From Flavobacteriales bacterium (GTDB lineage: Bacteria > Bacteroidota > Bacteroidia > Flavobacteriales > Flavobacteriaceae), in NCBI GenBank assembly GCA_004214175.1, contig SGZH01000002.1:1826-65825 (forward strand): a DNA stretch of 64,000 nucleotides, given 5' to 3'. The position numbers and the translations under genes were made by a program. Below are positions 20,925-30,773 of this stretch, piece after piece. Numbering within the stretch: the first letter of the stretch is position 1; the number at the start of each line of letters is the position of its first letter. The notes under the pieces were generated by a model, which was given only the letters and a program-made list of their open reading frames with translations, did not search any database and was not told the origin of the DNA.

Positions 20925-23435
20925 TTATTTGCTACTTTTCCCAAATTCTACACCGTACATTTTGCTTTTTACATTTTTTAAAGTTGTGGCCTCTTTTCCA
21001 TTAAAATGAAGAGATGATTTATTTTCTATTAGATGAATGGTTTCAACACTATCTAACTTTACTTTTGTAAGTTTTATATGTGAAGGACCAAACTCTGGCT
21101 TTTTTTTAAAGGCAGTAAATGCAAGTTTATTGTTCCTAATAGTTAGGTTTTTTCCTTCCACAATAGATAAGTCTTTTCCGGCAAGACCAATCTCGCTATT
21201 GTTTATTGTTACATTATTTATAGTCATTTTACTATTTTCTCCTGCACTTAAGCCTTTATCGCCTGCTTTGTTTATAGTTACGTTTGTTATTTTGATATCT
21301 GAACCTGAAACATCTATAGCGTCATTTCCTAAGTTTATAAAATTACTGTCTTTTACAATACCCTCAACAAAGTCCCCATCAAAAGCATCTGACTTAGTGT
21401 TTTTCAGAGTACAATAACTCATAAAAAAATTTGTTCGTACAATATTTAAAGCATCTTCAGATCTATTATTTGATATCGATACATATTCTAATTTCACAGG
21501 AGATTCGTAAAAGGTTATGGCACCTGTTACTGTCCAATTACCATGAGACGGGTTTGTTAAGTATTTGATCGATACATATTTTAAATACGAATTTCTTTTA
21601 TCTGCTAAAACCAATATTCCTTGACCTTTTTTATCTGAGGAATAAATTTCTACAGGTGATTTTTTGGTGCCAATGAATTTTAAAGGCGAATTCGAAATAA
21701 TTTTTCCTCCGTCAAGAATATTGATTTTTGTTCCAGATTTTGCTTTTAAAATATATCCTGGCGGGATAATTAATGGCGTGTCAATAATTATAGAGTCTAA
21801 AAAAGTAATCTCTTTTTTCTTTTGATCTATAACTAAGTCTTTATTTAGTTTAATAGTTGGTGAGGTCCTAAATAAGTCATCTTTTTTAACTTCAGAAGCA
21901 ATGTATGGTGCTATTGATACTCTATGAATTGAATCAAGACCAATAAATGAAAAAACAACTTTTAAATCGTAAATATCCTTTGATAATTTAAACCCTGTAG
22001 TTTTTGATTTCTTATGGACAAATAAATTTTCAAAACTTCTTGGAAGAGGTATATCTATAATTTTCTTCTGCCCCATTAATAGTTCTTGAAAAGGACTCAA
22101 AGTTGATATTCGCTTTGATTTCTTATAATTAAGACCTTTTATTTCTATTGGAAAATCAGAAACGTTGTGAAGGGATAGTTTCAAGTTTCCGTCTGTTAAT
22201 GAAATAAATTCAGCAGAAATTATTGAATAAAAAAATAAACTGTTTATTAATAAATTTTGATTTACCAACAGAGTATTGTAATTATAAATTTTATTGGGAT
22301 AATATGAATTTATAAGCGCCAGTTCTTTTTTGTAGGCATCTTTGTTAGATATAGCTAAAAAGTCTTTACTCACACTGTCAATAGCTCTAATGTAACCCTT
22401 TAAAAAAGAAGAGGTTTTTAATTTTGGTGCTTTTACAATTTTAGCCATTTCTCCAAGACAATTTGAATCCACATAAAAAGGCTCTAATAATCTTGTTTTT
22501 TTATTCAAAACAAAATGCAATATTTCGTTACACCCACTAGTAAAAATATTTTTTATTATAAAGTAATCGATTAATTTAGTGATATCAAAAACGGAATCTA
22601 TATTGGTTTTTTTAAGCAGGTTAATTTTCAATTGTTCTGCTTTAGGTCCTAAAAAATTAAGACTAGAAATTAGAGAGTCATTCCCGTTATTCATGGCCTT
22701 CCAAAATAAATCTGAATCACTCACGGTAGCAAGGTTAACATTGTTTTGCTTGATATAAAATTCTATACTTTGTGTCGTTTGAAAAAGGCTGTCGTTTTTT
22801 AAACTATAAGAATATGGTAAATGTTTTATATTTTTTGCATCAAGACTTTTTTTATAGAAATACATATAAGGGTTTGGAATAGAAAACTTTGAATAGTTAT
22901 TGTTTTTGAAAATTAAACTTTCCACCTCTTCGTTAGTCCGGGTTTTGATGGTGGTATTCCAATCGTTTCTTGCTGTTCTGTATTTGTCTATACTAACTTC
23001 AATTTCTATTACATTTACTTGAGGCAATTCTTTAATAAACACACCGTAGTCTATATTATTATAACTATATAAAACCGCTTTATTAGTATTAGTAGTTTCT
23101 AGTTTTTTTAAATCCTTTGGCTGTTCGCTGGTAGTGTAAAGTAATCGGATATTAAAATCAGTTTCTTGCTCGTCTATAGTGGGAAATTCCTTAAATATTA
23201 ATAGCTCCTTGGTAAGATCATCCTCATAAATAGTACCAAAATAGCTATTATTAATTTTTTTAGCATGTTTAAGTATGCTACTATATTTCTGGGGCATTTC
23301 AACTAAAAAGGGATTGTTTTCTGAAGGGTTCTTTTCTAAAAAGTTGCTCTTATATAACAAAAAAAATATGCTTATTATTACAAAGAAAAATGCGATTAAA
23401 AAAAAAATTCGATTATTAGCTTTTAAAACCATCAT
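20925..23435 (-). CDS. Membrane-anchored protein with a degenerate CotH-like segment and C-terminal right-handed parallel beta-helix repeats
   Basis: N-terminal TM; C-terminal SEDALNIV, SDAFDGDF, NDAIDVSGS, GDKGLSAGE, GLAGKDLS repeats; internal VFDITKLIDYF...LHFVLNKKTRLLEPFYVD. Confidence 0.7.
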   Translation of the reverse strand: MMVLKANNRIFFLIAFFFVIISIFFLLYKSNFLEKNPSENNPFLVEMPQKYSSILKHAKKINNSYFGTIYEDDLTKELLIFKEFPTIDEQETDFNIRLLYTTSEQPKDLKKLETTNTNKAVLYSYNNIDYGVFIKELPQVNVIEIEVSIDKYRTARNDWNTTIKTRTNEEVESLIFKNNNYSKFSIPNPYMYFYKKSLDAKNIKHLPYSYSLKNDSLFQTTQSIEFYIKQNNVNLATVSDSDLFWKAMNNGNDSLISSLNFLGPKAEQLKINLLKKTNIDSVFDITKLIDYFIIKNIFTSGCNEILHFVLNKKTRLLEPFYVDSNCLGEMAKIVKAPKLKTSSFLKGYIRAIDSVSKDFLAISNKDAYKKELALINSYYPNKIYNYNTLLVNQNLLINSLFFYSIISAEFISLTDGNLKLSLHNVSDFPIEIKGLNYKKSKRISTLSPFQELLMGQKKIIDIPLPRSFENLFVHKKSKTTGFKLSKDIYDLKVVFSFIGLDSIHRVSIAPYIASEVKKDDLFRTSPTIKLNKDLVIDQKKKEITFLDSIIIDTPLIIPPGYILKAKSGTKINILDGGKIISNSPLKFIGTKKSPVEIYSSDKKGQGILVLADKRNSYLKYVSIKYLTNPSHGNWTVTGAITFYESPVKLEYVSISNNRSEDALNIVRTNFFMSYCTLKNTKSDAFDGDFVEGIVKDSNFINLGNDAIDVSGSDIKITNVTINKAGDKGLSAGENSKMTINNVTINNSEIGLAGKDLSIVEGKNLTIRNNKLAFTAFKKKPEFGPSHIKLTKVKLDSVETIHLIENKSSLHFNGKEATTLKNVKSKMYGVEFGKSSK

Positions 23436-23440
23436 TCGCC

Positions 23441-24286
23441 TTAATGCTTTAATTTACCTAAAGAATTAATATTATCTCCGTTTAGATGAACTAAATTTAG
23501 TTTCACGGATTTATCTTCGTAAATATCCACAATTACTATATTATCTCTAACACCTCCACCCATTCCAGTAGCTATATAAGTAATATTATTTTCTTTAAAA
23601 TATGCATACTCTATTATGTGATCTTTCTTTTTGTATTCTTTCGAAAAAGCACCTACATCTCCTGCGAATAAATATACTTCTTTTCCGATAGACTCTAGAA
23701 TAGGCTGTATTGTAGACCAATAATTTGGCGTTTCTGCTCTGTTTTGCTGCCAATTTGGTTTTGGTTCTGAAAATTTTTCTTTAGACCACCATATCAATTG
23801 ATGCATGAATATAAAGATATGGTCAGCATTTTGGCCCTCATTTTGCAAAGTTTCTTTTAAAAAAACAAGTTGATCTCCTGAAATATTCCATTGGTCAATA
23901 TTTGGATCTAATACGATAAATAAATTATTGTCCTGAACAAACTTTTGATATGATTTTCCAAACATATCTTCAAAATTGTCCAAAGGCCCATCGTGATTTC
24001 CCCTTGCTATATAATAAGGCATAGTAAGATCTTCCAGCTCTTTTAAAACATTAGGCCAACTACTGGGATACCTAACAACATCTCCAAGTAAAACACCAAA
24101 AGATAAATTTTTACTATTTAAAAAAGAAAACTTTTCTTTAAATGGAGGGTAAAGCTCCTTTTTTCCTGTTGGAGCAGGTTTTCCATATGCATGTCCAGCA
24201 ACAAAAAAAGATTGTTGTATTTTTTTTTCTGACTCAGTACAACCTAAAAAAAGCATGACTGAAAATATTAATAAAATATATTTCAT
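23441..24286 (-). CDS. Metallophosphoesterase-family lipoprotein
   Basis: ATG at 24286 overlaps the rfbD stop (TAATG); signal MKYILLIFSVMLFLGC; motifs GHAYG, LGDVV, RGNHD, FMHQ, FAGD. Confidence 0.75.
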   Translation of the reverse strand: MKYILLIFSVMLFLGCTESEKKIQQSFFVAGHAYGKPAPTGKKELYPPFKEKFSFLNSKNLSFGVLLGDVVRYPSSWPNVLKELEDLTMPYYIARGNHDGPLDNFEDMFGKSYQKFVQDNNLFIVLDPNIDQWNISGDQLVFLKETLQNEGQNADHIFIFMHQLIWWSKEKFSEPKPNWQQNRAETPNYWSTIQPILESIGKEVYLFAGDVGAFSKEYKKKDHIIEYAYFKENNITYIATGMGGGVRDNIVIVDIYEDKSVKLNLVHLNGDNINSLGKLKH

Positions 24287-25128
24287 TAGGAAATTATTTT
24301 TTTTAAACTTTTTTCCCAAGAGGGTAATAAAAAACCAAATACTTCAGTAAATTTTTCTGTGTTTAATACACTAAATACTGGTCTTTCTGCAAATGTACTG
24401 AAATAATTAACTTTTTCAAGTTTTGACATATTAGCCTGTTCTATTTGATCAAATATAGCCTTTGCAAAATCATACCAGGTTGATTTTCCAGTATTACTTA
24501 TATGAAAAACACCAAAATTATTACTATTAAAGCTTATTATTTTTAAAATAGCTTCCGATAAATCTATAGCATTTGTAGGAGTTCCCGTTTGTTCTGTTGT
24601 AATTTTTAACCCTCTTCCTTCTTCTACAGATTTTATAATTGAATTATAAAAATTATGTCCATAATTTGAGTAAAGCCATGAAGTTCTGATAATATAGTAT
24701 TTTTCACAAAATTCCTTAACAAACATTTCTCCTTTTAATTTAGAAGTCCCGTATACATTAATTGGATTGGGTTGATCTTCTTCAGTATATGGAGTTCTTT
24801 TTTTTCCATCGAAAACATAATCAGTAGAAATTTGTATGAGAACTGTGTTACTCTTTTTGCACTGTTTTGCTAAATTTTTAACCCCTTTTGCATTAACTAA
24901 AAATGCTTGTTTTTTATTTACTTCTGCTTGTTCTACTTGGGTATAGGCAGCAGTATTGATACAATAATCAAAACAGTAATTACTAAATAAATTGGAAATA
25001 GAATCCTCAGAGGTAATATCTAATTCTTCTCTACCAACAAAGAAAAAATCATGCTCAGGATAATTAATTGATGTATCCTTAATACACTTCCCCAACTGTC
25101 CGTTTGCTCCTGTGATAAGTATTTTCAT
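24286..25128 (-). CDS. rfbD: dTDP-4-dehydrorhamnose reductase
   Basis: TGANGQLG, AAYTQVE, ISTDYVFDG, YGTSK. Confidence 0.95.
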   Translation of the reverse strand: MKILITGANGQLGKCIKDTSINYPEHDFFFVGREELDITSEDSISNLFSNYCFDYCINTAAYTQVEQAEVNKKQAFLVNAKGVKNLAKQCKKSNTVLIQISTDYVFDGKKRTPYTEEDQPNPINVYGTSKLKGEMFVKEFCEKYYIIRTSWLYSNYGHNFYNSIIKSVEEGRGLKITTEQTGTPTNAIDLSEAILKIISFNSNNFGVFHISNTGKSTWYDFAKAIFDQIEQANMSKLEKVNYFSTFAERPVFSVLNTEKFTEVFGFLLPSWEKSLKKIIS

Positions 25129-25673
25129 TTTGATGTTGCTTCTATGAAAGAAGGAAGATTTAAGTCTTTTTCTGATATGATAAACTTATCATTTGGGAGA
25201 TGCCAATCCAGTTGAAGAGATACGTCGTTATATATTATTCCTCTCTCTGAATCTTTGCAGTAGAAATTATCGCATTTATAGGCAAATTTTGAAGTTGGAG
25301 ACAATGTAATAAATCCGTGAGCAAAACCGCGGGGAACAAACAGTTGTTTCTGAGAAATATCATCTAAGATTATAGAGAAATGTTTACCAAAAGTTTCAGA
25401 TTCTTTCCTTATGTCAACAACAATATCTAAAATCCTTCCTTCTAAGGCTCTGACTAACTTTGCTTGAGCCATTTTTGCCGCTTGGTAATGTAACCCTCTT
25501 AAAACACCAAAACTAGAAGAAGATTGATTATCTTGAACAAAGGTTATTTCAAATCCTGTTACTTTTTTAAATAATTTCTTATTGTACGTTTCATAAAAAG
25601 TACCTCGCTCATCTTTAAAAATAGTTGGAGTCAACACAAAACAGTCTTTAAGGGGGGTTTGTTCTATTTTCAC
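25125..25673 (-). CDS. rfbC: dTDP-4-dehydrorhamnose 3,5-epimerase
   Basis: DERGTFYE, VQDNQS, VLRGLHYQ, PRGFAHGF. Confidence 0.95.
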   Translation of the reverse strand: MKIEQTPLKDCFVLTPTIFKDERGTFYETYNKKLFKKVTGFEITFVQDNQSSSSFGVLRGLHYQAAKMAQAKLVRALEGRILDIVVDIRKESETFGKHFSIILDDISQKQLFVPRGFAHGFITLSPTSKFAYKCDNFYCKDSERGIIYNDVSLQLDWHLPNDKFIISEKDLNLPSFIEATSK

Positions 25674-25684
25674 GTATAGCTTGT

Positions 25685-26533
25685 TTACAATATATGTTTA
25701 CCGTAACCACTTTTTATTAATGGCTTCAATAAGTTGTTTAAATTTTCTTTTGATATATAGCCCATCTCGAAGGCTGCCTGTTCAATACTTCCTACTTTTA
25801 GTCCTTGACGTTCTTCTATAACTTCAACGAATTGAGATGCTTGCATCAAAGACGAAAAAGTTCCCGTGTCTAACCAAGCAATTCCTTTATCCAAGATACT
25901 AACATTTAATTTCCCTGTTTTTAGATACTCGTTATTTATATCAGTAATTTCTAATTCTCCTCGTTCGCTAGGCTTCATATTTGCTGCAATTTCTACTACC
26001 TTATTGTCATAGAAATAAATACCTGGTACTGCATAATTTGATTTTGGTTTTGTTGGTTTTTCTTCTATGGTTAGAACTTTACCTTGATTGTCAAACTCAA
26101 CTACACCATACCTTTCTGGGTCTTGAACATGATATGCATAAATAATTCCTCCTTCAGGATTGCTGTTTGCTTGAAGTAATTTCTTTAAGCCAGATCCATA
26201 AAATATATTATCGCCTAATATCAAAGCAACTTTATCTTTGCCTATAAAATTTTTACCAATAATAAAGGCTTCTGCTAATCCGTTGGGGCGCTCTTGAACT
26301 GCATAGCTAAAATTACAACCCAATTTTTCACCATCACCAAGAAGTTTTTCAAATAATGGCAAATCCTGAGGAGTTGAAATAATCAAAATTTCTCTTATTC
26401 CAGCATATATTAATGTAGACAATGGGTAATATATCATAGGTTTATTATAAACCGGCATTAACTGCTTGCTTATGGTTAAGGTGATAGGGTGTAACCTAGT
26501 TCCTGATCCTCCTGCTAAAATAATTCCTTTCAT
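25685..26533 (-). CDS. rfbA: Glucose-1-phosphate thymidylyltransferase
   Basis: [43 protein letters not shown]. Confidence 0.96.
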   Translation of the reverse strand: MKGIILAGGSGTRLHPITLTISKQLMPVYNKPMIYYPLSTLIYAGIREILIISTPQDLPLFEKLLGDGEKLGCNFSYAVQERPNGLAEAFIIGKNFIGKDKVALILGDNIFYGSGLKKLLQANSNPEGGIIYAYHVQDPERYGVVEFDNQGKVLTIEEKPTKPKSNYAVPGIYFYDNKVVEIAANMKPSERGELEITDINNEYLKTGKLNVSILDKGIAWLDTGTFSSLMQASQFVEVIEERQGLKVGSIEQAAFEMGYISKENLNNLLKPLIKSGYGKHIL

Positions 26534-26538
26534 AACTT

Positions 26539-27552
26539 TTATAATTGATCTTTATTGTTTAGATACCAATCAATGGTTTTTAAAATGCCACTTTCAAAGT
26601 TTTCTTCAGCTTTCCAGCCTAATTCGCTTTCAATTTTATTAGCATCTATAGCATACCGAAAATCATGCCCAGCACGATCTTGAACGAAAGTTATTTGTTC
26701 CCTGTAAGGTATTTCACTGGGCGCTAATTTATCTAATAAATCACAAATTATGTGGGCAATGTAAAGGTTTTCTCGTTCGTTTCTTCCGCCAATATTATAC
26801 GTTTCTCCTAACCTTCCTCTTTCCAATACTAGCATAATTCCTTTGCAATGGTCGGTTACATAAATCCAGTCTCTTATATTTTTGCCATTTCCATAAATAG
26901 GAATTTCTTGACCCTTTAAAGCTTTTCTAATAATCGTAGGTATTAGTTTTTCTTTGTGTTGGTGAGCGCCGTAGTTGTTTGAACAATTCGTAGTAATCAC
27001 AGGCATTTTATATGTATGAAAATAGCTTCTTACAATAAAATCAGAAGATGCTTTTGAAGCGCTATAGGGACTGTTTGGAGCATATGCTGTTTCTTCTGTA
27101 AATAAACCCGTCTCCCCTAAAGAACCATATACCTCATCGGTTGAAACATGTAAAAACCGTGCGTTAATAAACTCTTTTTTTAATTGACTTGGACCATCCA
27201 TCCATAAACAATAAGCGTTATGAACCAAATTATAAGTACCTACAATATTTGTTTGAATAAATGCAGATGGGTCGTTAATTGAATTGTCCACGTGAGACTC
27301 GGCGGCAAAGTGCACTACTTTATTGAACTGATATTCGTTAAAAAGTCTTTTCACTAAAGCTTGGTCACAAATATCACCTTCAATAAAGTTATAATTAGTT
27401 AAATTAGAAACCGCTTCTAAGTTCTTAAGATTACCAGCATACGTAAGTTTATCAAGAACGATTATCTGATCCTCGTTATTTTTTAGAATTAATTCTACGA
27501 AATTAGAACCAATAAATCCAGCGCCGCCTGTAACTAATATTTTATTTTTCAA
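26539..27552 (-). CDS. rfbB: dTDP-glucose 4,6-dehydratase
   Basis: [40 protein letters not shown]. Confidence 0.96.
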   Translation of the reverse strand: MKNKILVTGGAGFIGSNFVELILKNNEDQIIVLDKLTYAGNLKNLEAVSNLTNYNFIEGDICDQALVKRLFNEYQFNKVVHFAAESHVDNSINDPSAFIQTNIVGTYNLVHNAYCLWMDGPSQLKKEFINARFLHVSTDEVYGSLGETGLFTEETAYAPNSPYSASKASSDFIVRSYFHTYKMPVITTNCSNNYGAHQHKEKLIPTIIRKALKGQEIPIYGNGKNIRDWIYVTDHCKGIMLVLERGRLGETYNIGGRNERENLYIAHIICDLLDKLAPSEIPYREQITFVQDRAGHDFRYAIDANKIESELGWKAEENFESGILKTIDWYLNNKDQL

Positions 27553-27557
27553 AATAG

Positions 27558-29225
27558 TTATTCTAAAATTTGATCTAACATTTTTTCTGTAATCAAGTAA
27601 GTAGGTTTAACTCCTGATGTCCCAAGTCCTCCTGAAGCAAGTGTGCTACCTGTTTCTAATGGATTATCTGATGCGTAATACGCATATTGTACCTTAACTT
27701 TTGAGCTAATACTGCGTCGTATTTTGGAAGCAGATTGAATTGCTTTCTGATAATGTGCTCCTTCCATTTCAAGACCTACTACGTTCCAAGTCGAGTTTTT
27801 AAAAAATTTCAAAATATCTTTATTTTGAAGTGAAGTTCCTAAAACGGTAATCATTGCTCCTTTACAAACTTTAATGTCTTCTCCTTCAAAATGAGATTTT
27901 TTAAGCATATTTTTAAAAGGGTAGTTGTCAGCAGTTCCCTCGAAAACATGGGCAGAAGGGAGCATAATATCTCCTTTACCCCCCTCTAAAATACCTGCTT
28001 TACCCATAATTGATACCGACTTAACATCTAAAAAATTTATATTTTTTTTTGATTTTTTATACGGTTTTAATAATTCATCAAGAGTTTCAAAGGCCTGTTC
28101 ACCAAAAGCATAATCCATAACAATTAGTACTGGCTTGACATCTATGGCTCTTTTAGTTAAACTGTTTGGTAATTTAGCCGTATCTATAATTTGAACGTTA
28201 ATATTGGTACCACTATTGTCTTTAATATAAATTAATCCATTTTCAGAAGCATATTTCATAACCTTTTCACGAAGCAATATGTTTTTTGAGTCACTTAACA
28301 TTTCATAAATCTCCATAGCCGAATATTTTTTATATTCAGATGGTAGAGCAAAAGGACTATAGATTGTATTCATAACACTGTGCATATTTGCACTTATAAT
28401 ATGAATTGGTCGTTCTAAAAGATTGATCTCATCCAATTTTTTCTTTATCCCAGAGGCCCATATTTCACCGTGAATATGTTGCCCTAAACGCTCTCTTAAA
28501 ACAGGGCTAAAAGTGATAATTCGCTTTTTAGATGTTGTCACCTCATTAATAGCTAATTTCCCTAAATAGTAGATGATTTTTAAAAACCGATTAGGGTCTG
28601 TTTTAGTTGCAAAGTTTGGATAAGCATCACTAACCTCTTTAAAAGTTCTTCCTAAAAAATTAGCTGTGTGGGTTAAGGCAATTTCTTTATCTTTTTTACT
28701 TAGATTTCCTTTTTTTAAAGCGGCAGATTCTAGCTTTTTCCAATCTCTATTTACATCTTTACCGCCATTTATAAGCACCTGAGACATAATTTTATGAGAT
28801 TCAATAAATAAAAAAGTAAGGTGGGTAAGCACATCATATATTTCTGAACGACCACGGGTCACTTCAATATTCATTTGTTCTTTATCAATGCGATAGCAAT
28901 TTCTTCTTCTCTTAGAAGGTATAATAGGTTTAAAATGTGAGTTTTTATAACCCTCATCGCTTGTGAGGTTAATAAAGCTACATTCTTCAATTCCTATAGG
29001 AAGACGATCGATAACATATAATAAGCCCTCTAATTCAACTTTATCTTCAGTTATGGAACCATAAATCTCAGGACTTAGGGTAAGTAATGAGTCTCTTAAA
29101 GTCTCACCAGAGACACCCATTGGCTTATAAAAGCCTCTATTAAATAAGTGTCGCATGGTAATATATAGTCTCCCAATAGCTCCTGAACTCTGTTGAGCGC
29201 GTGTCCTTTTATGTGTTATAATCAT
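27558..29225 (-). CDS. Conserved Flavobacteria protein (DUF6909-like)
   Basis: RTRAQQS..AIGRLYITMRHLFNRGFYKPMGVSGE; C-terminal GLEMEGAHY. Confidence 0.7.
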   Translation of the reverse strand: MIITHKRTRAQQSSGAIGRLYITMRHLFNRGFYKPMGVSGETLRDSLLTLSPEIYGSITEDKVELEGLLYVIDRLPIGIEECSFINLTSDEGYKNSHFKPIIPSKRRRNCYRIDKEQMNIEVTRGRSEIYDVLTHLTFLFIESHKIMSQVLINGGKDVNRDWKKLESAALKKGNLSKKDKEIALTHTANFLGRTFKEVSDAYPNFATKTDPNRFLKIIYYLGKLAINEVTTSKKRIITFSPVLRERLGQHIHGEIWASGIKKKLDEINLLERPIHIISANMHSVMNTIYSPFALPSEYKKYSAMEIYEMLSDSKNILLREKVMKYASENGLIYIKDNSGTNINVQIIDTAKLPNSLTKRAIDVKPVLIVMDYAFGEQAFETLDELLKPYKKSKKNINFLDVKSVSIMGKAGILEGGKGDIMLPSAHVFEGTADNYPFKNMLKKSHFEGEDIKVCKGAMITVLGTSLQNKDILKFFKNSTWNVVGLEMEGAHYQKAIQSASKIRRSISSKVKVQYAYYASDNPLETGSTLASGGLGTSGVKPTYLITEKMLDQILE

Positions 29226-29238
29226 ACTCTTATTTGTT

Positions 29239-29246
29239 CAAAAATA
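29239..29246 (-). promoter_or_regulatory. -7 promoter element TATTTTTG heading the DUF6909-rfbBACD-phosphorylation-module run
   Basis: caaaaata on + strand, 13 nt upstream of the ATG at 29225. Confidence 0.5.
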
Positions 29247-29276
29247 CTACAATAAAAAGAAAAATTTAAATAGTAT

Positions 29277-30770
29277 TTAGCTCTGGTTAATTAAAATGTC
29301 TGCAATTTTTCGATTATCAGACAATCTAGGTACTTTGTTTTGACCACCTAGTTTCCCTTGAGATTTCATATAGTTATTAAAACTCCCAGTTTTTAAAGAG
29401 GTGATTTTTAGAGTTTGAAGAACTTTCCCTTTAATCAAATCTTTATAATATGTGTTTTGATCTTGCATGATAGTATCCATAAAAAAAGCTATCTCATCAA
29501 GGTTTTCCGGTAATGTTTCAAACTCGATTAACCATTCATGATAAGGTAATTCACCATTTAAAGAATTAATTTGTGGAGCCACTGTAAATTCAGAAATATA
29601 AAACTTAAATTTTTTCATAGCTTCGTTTATAGCCTGTTCAACTTCTTTCCCTATTACGTGTTCTCCAAATGCTGAAATAAAATGTTTTATCCTTCCAGAA
29701 ACAATTACTCTATATGGACTGACTGAGGTAAACTGTACCGTGTCGCCAATATTGTAAGCCCAAAGGCCTGCATTTGTTGAAATAATCATTACATAATTTA
29801 TTCCTATTTTAACGTTACCGATCGTTAATCTTTTTGGGTTTTCATCATAAAATTTTGACGATTCAATAAACTCATAAAAAATTCCAGAATTTAGTTGTAG
29901 TAACATTCCTTTTTCTTTTTGAGAATCTTGGAATGCAAAAAAGCCCTCTGAAGCAGGATACAATTCTATACTATCTATTTTTCTACCGATCATTTTTTCA
30001 AATTTTGCCCGATATGGTTCGTAATTCACCCCTCCATATACAAAAAGTTGATAGTTTTTAAATAAATCACCTACTTTTTTATTAGAGACTATTTGGAGTT
30101 TTTCATAATACATTTGTATCCAGGAAGGAATTCCACTAATAAGGGTCATATTTTCATCCTTTGTTTCTTCAACAATAGCATCGACTTTAGTTTCCCAATC
30201 ATCAATACAATTAGTTCTCCAGCTTGGTAATCTATTTTTTTGCAAATATTTCGGAACAAAATGAGCGGCAATACCTGATAACCTCCCTATATTAATTCCA
30301 TTTTTTATCTCTAATTCTGGACTTCCTTGCAGAAAAATCATTTTTCCACTTACAAAATCTACATTACCCGTTTCTTCAATATAACATAGTAAAGCATTTT
30401 TAGCAGCTTCTATATGAAAGGGCATAGAGTCTTTTGTTATTGGAATATATTTAGCTCCTGAAGTGGTTCCTGATGTTTTTGCAATGTAATCAGGCTTCCC
30501 CTTCCACAATACGTTTTCTTCGCCATTTGCTGTTCTTTCAAAATAGTCTTTTAAGCCCTCGTAATCCCTTGCTGGAACACGTTTAACAAAATCATTATAT
30601 GTTTTAATACTTTGAAAATCATGATCTTTCCCAAAGGAAGTGTTTTTGGATTCGGTAATCAGTTTTTGAAAAACTTTTTGCTGAGTCTCTATTGGTTTAG
30701 ATGCCCATTTTTTTATGCTTTTTGCTGCTTTTTTAGCTAATATTTTTGCTCCTAAAGATTTTAAAAACAT
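29277..30770 (-). CDS. GH3 (auxin-responsive/acyl-acid amido synthetase) family protein
   Basis: KTSGTTSGAKYIP, YPASEG, YNIGD, GGQNKVPRL. Confidence 0.88.
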   Translation of the reverse strand: MFLKSLGAKILAKKAAKSIKKWASKPIETQQKVFQKLITESKNTSFGKDHDFQSIKTYNDFVKRVPARDYEGLKDYFERTANGEENVLWKGKPDYIAKTSGTTSGAKYIPITKDSMPFHIEAAKNALLCYIEETGNVDFVSGKMIFLQGSPELEIKNGINIGRLSGIAAHFVPKYLQKNRLPSWRTNCIDDWETKVDAIVEETKDENMTLISGIPSWIQMYYEKLQIVSNKKVGDLFKNYQLFVYGGVNYEPYRAKFEKMIGRKIDSIELYPASEGFFAFQDSQKEKGMLLQLNSGIFYEFIESSKFYDENPKRLTIGNVKIGINYVMIISTNAGLWAYNIGDTVQFTSVSPYRVIVSGRIKHFISAFGEHVIGKEVEQAINEAMKKFKFYISEFTVAPQINSLNGELPYHEWLIEFETLPENLDEIAFFMDTIMQDQNTYYKDLIKGKVLQTLKITSLKTGSFNNYMKSQGKLGGQNKVPRLSDNRKIADILINQS

Positions 30771-30773
30771 AGT

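Noticed and set aside
17654-24286. Phosphorylation module as a mobile element or anti-phage system
   Set aside because: No mobility genes or terminal repeats were seen. Signal anchors, a lipobox and operon coupling to rfb genes point to an envelope role instead.
27285-27300. Additional parS-like sequences around CACGTG cores (e.g. in rfbB; half-sites near 38200 and 54350)
   Set aside because: They are not palindromic and have several mismatches to the 16-bp consensus; coding sequence explains them.
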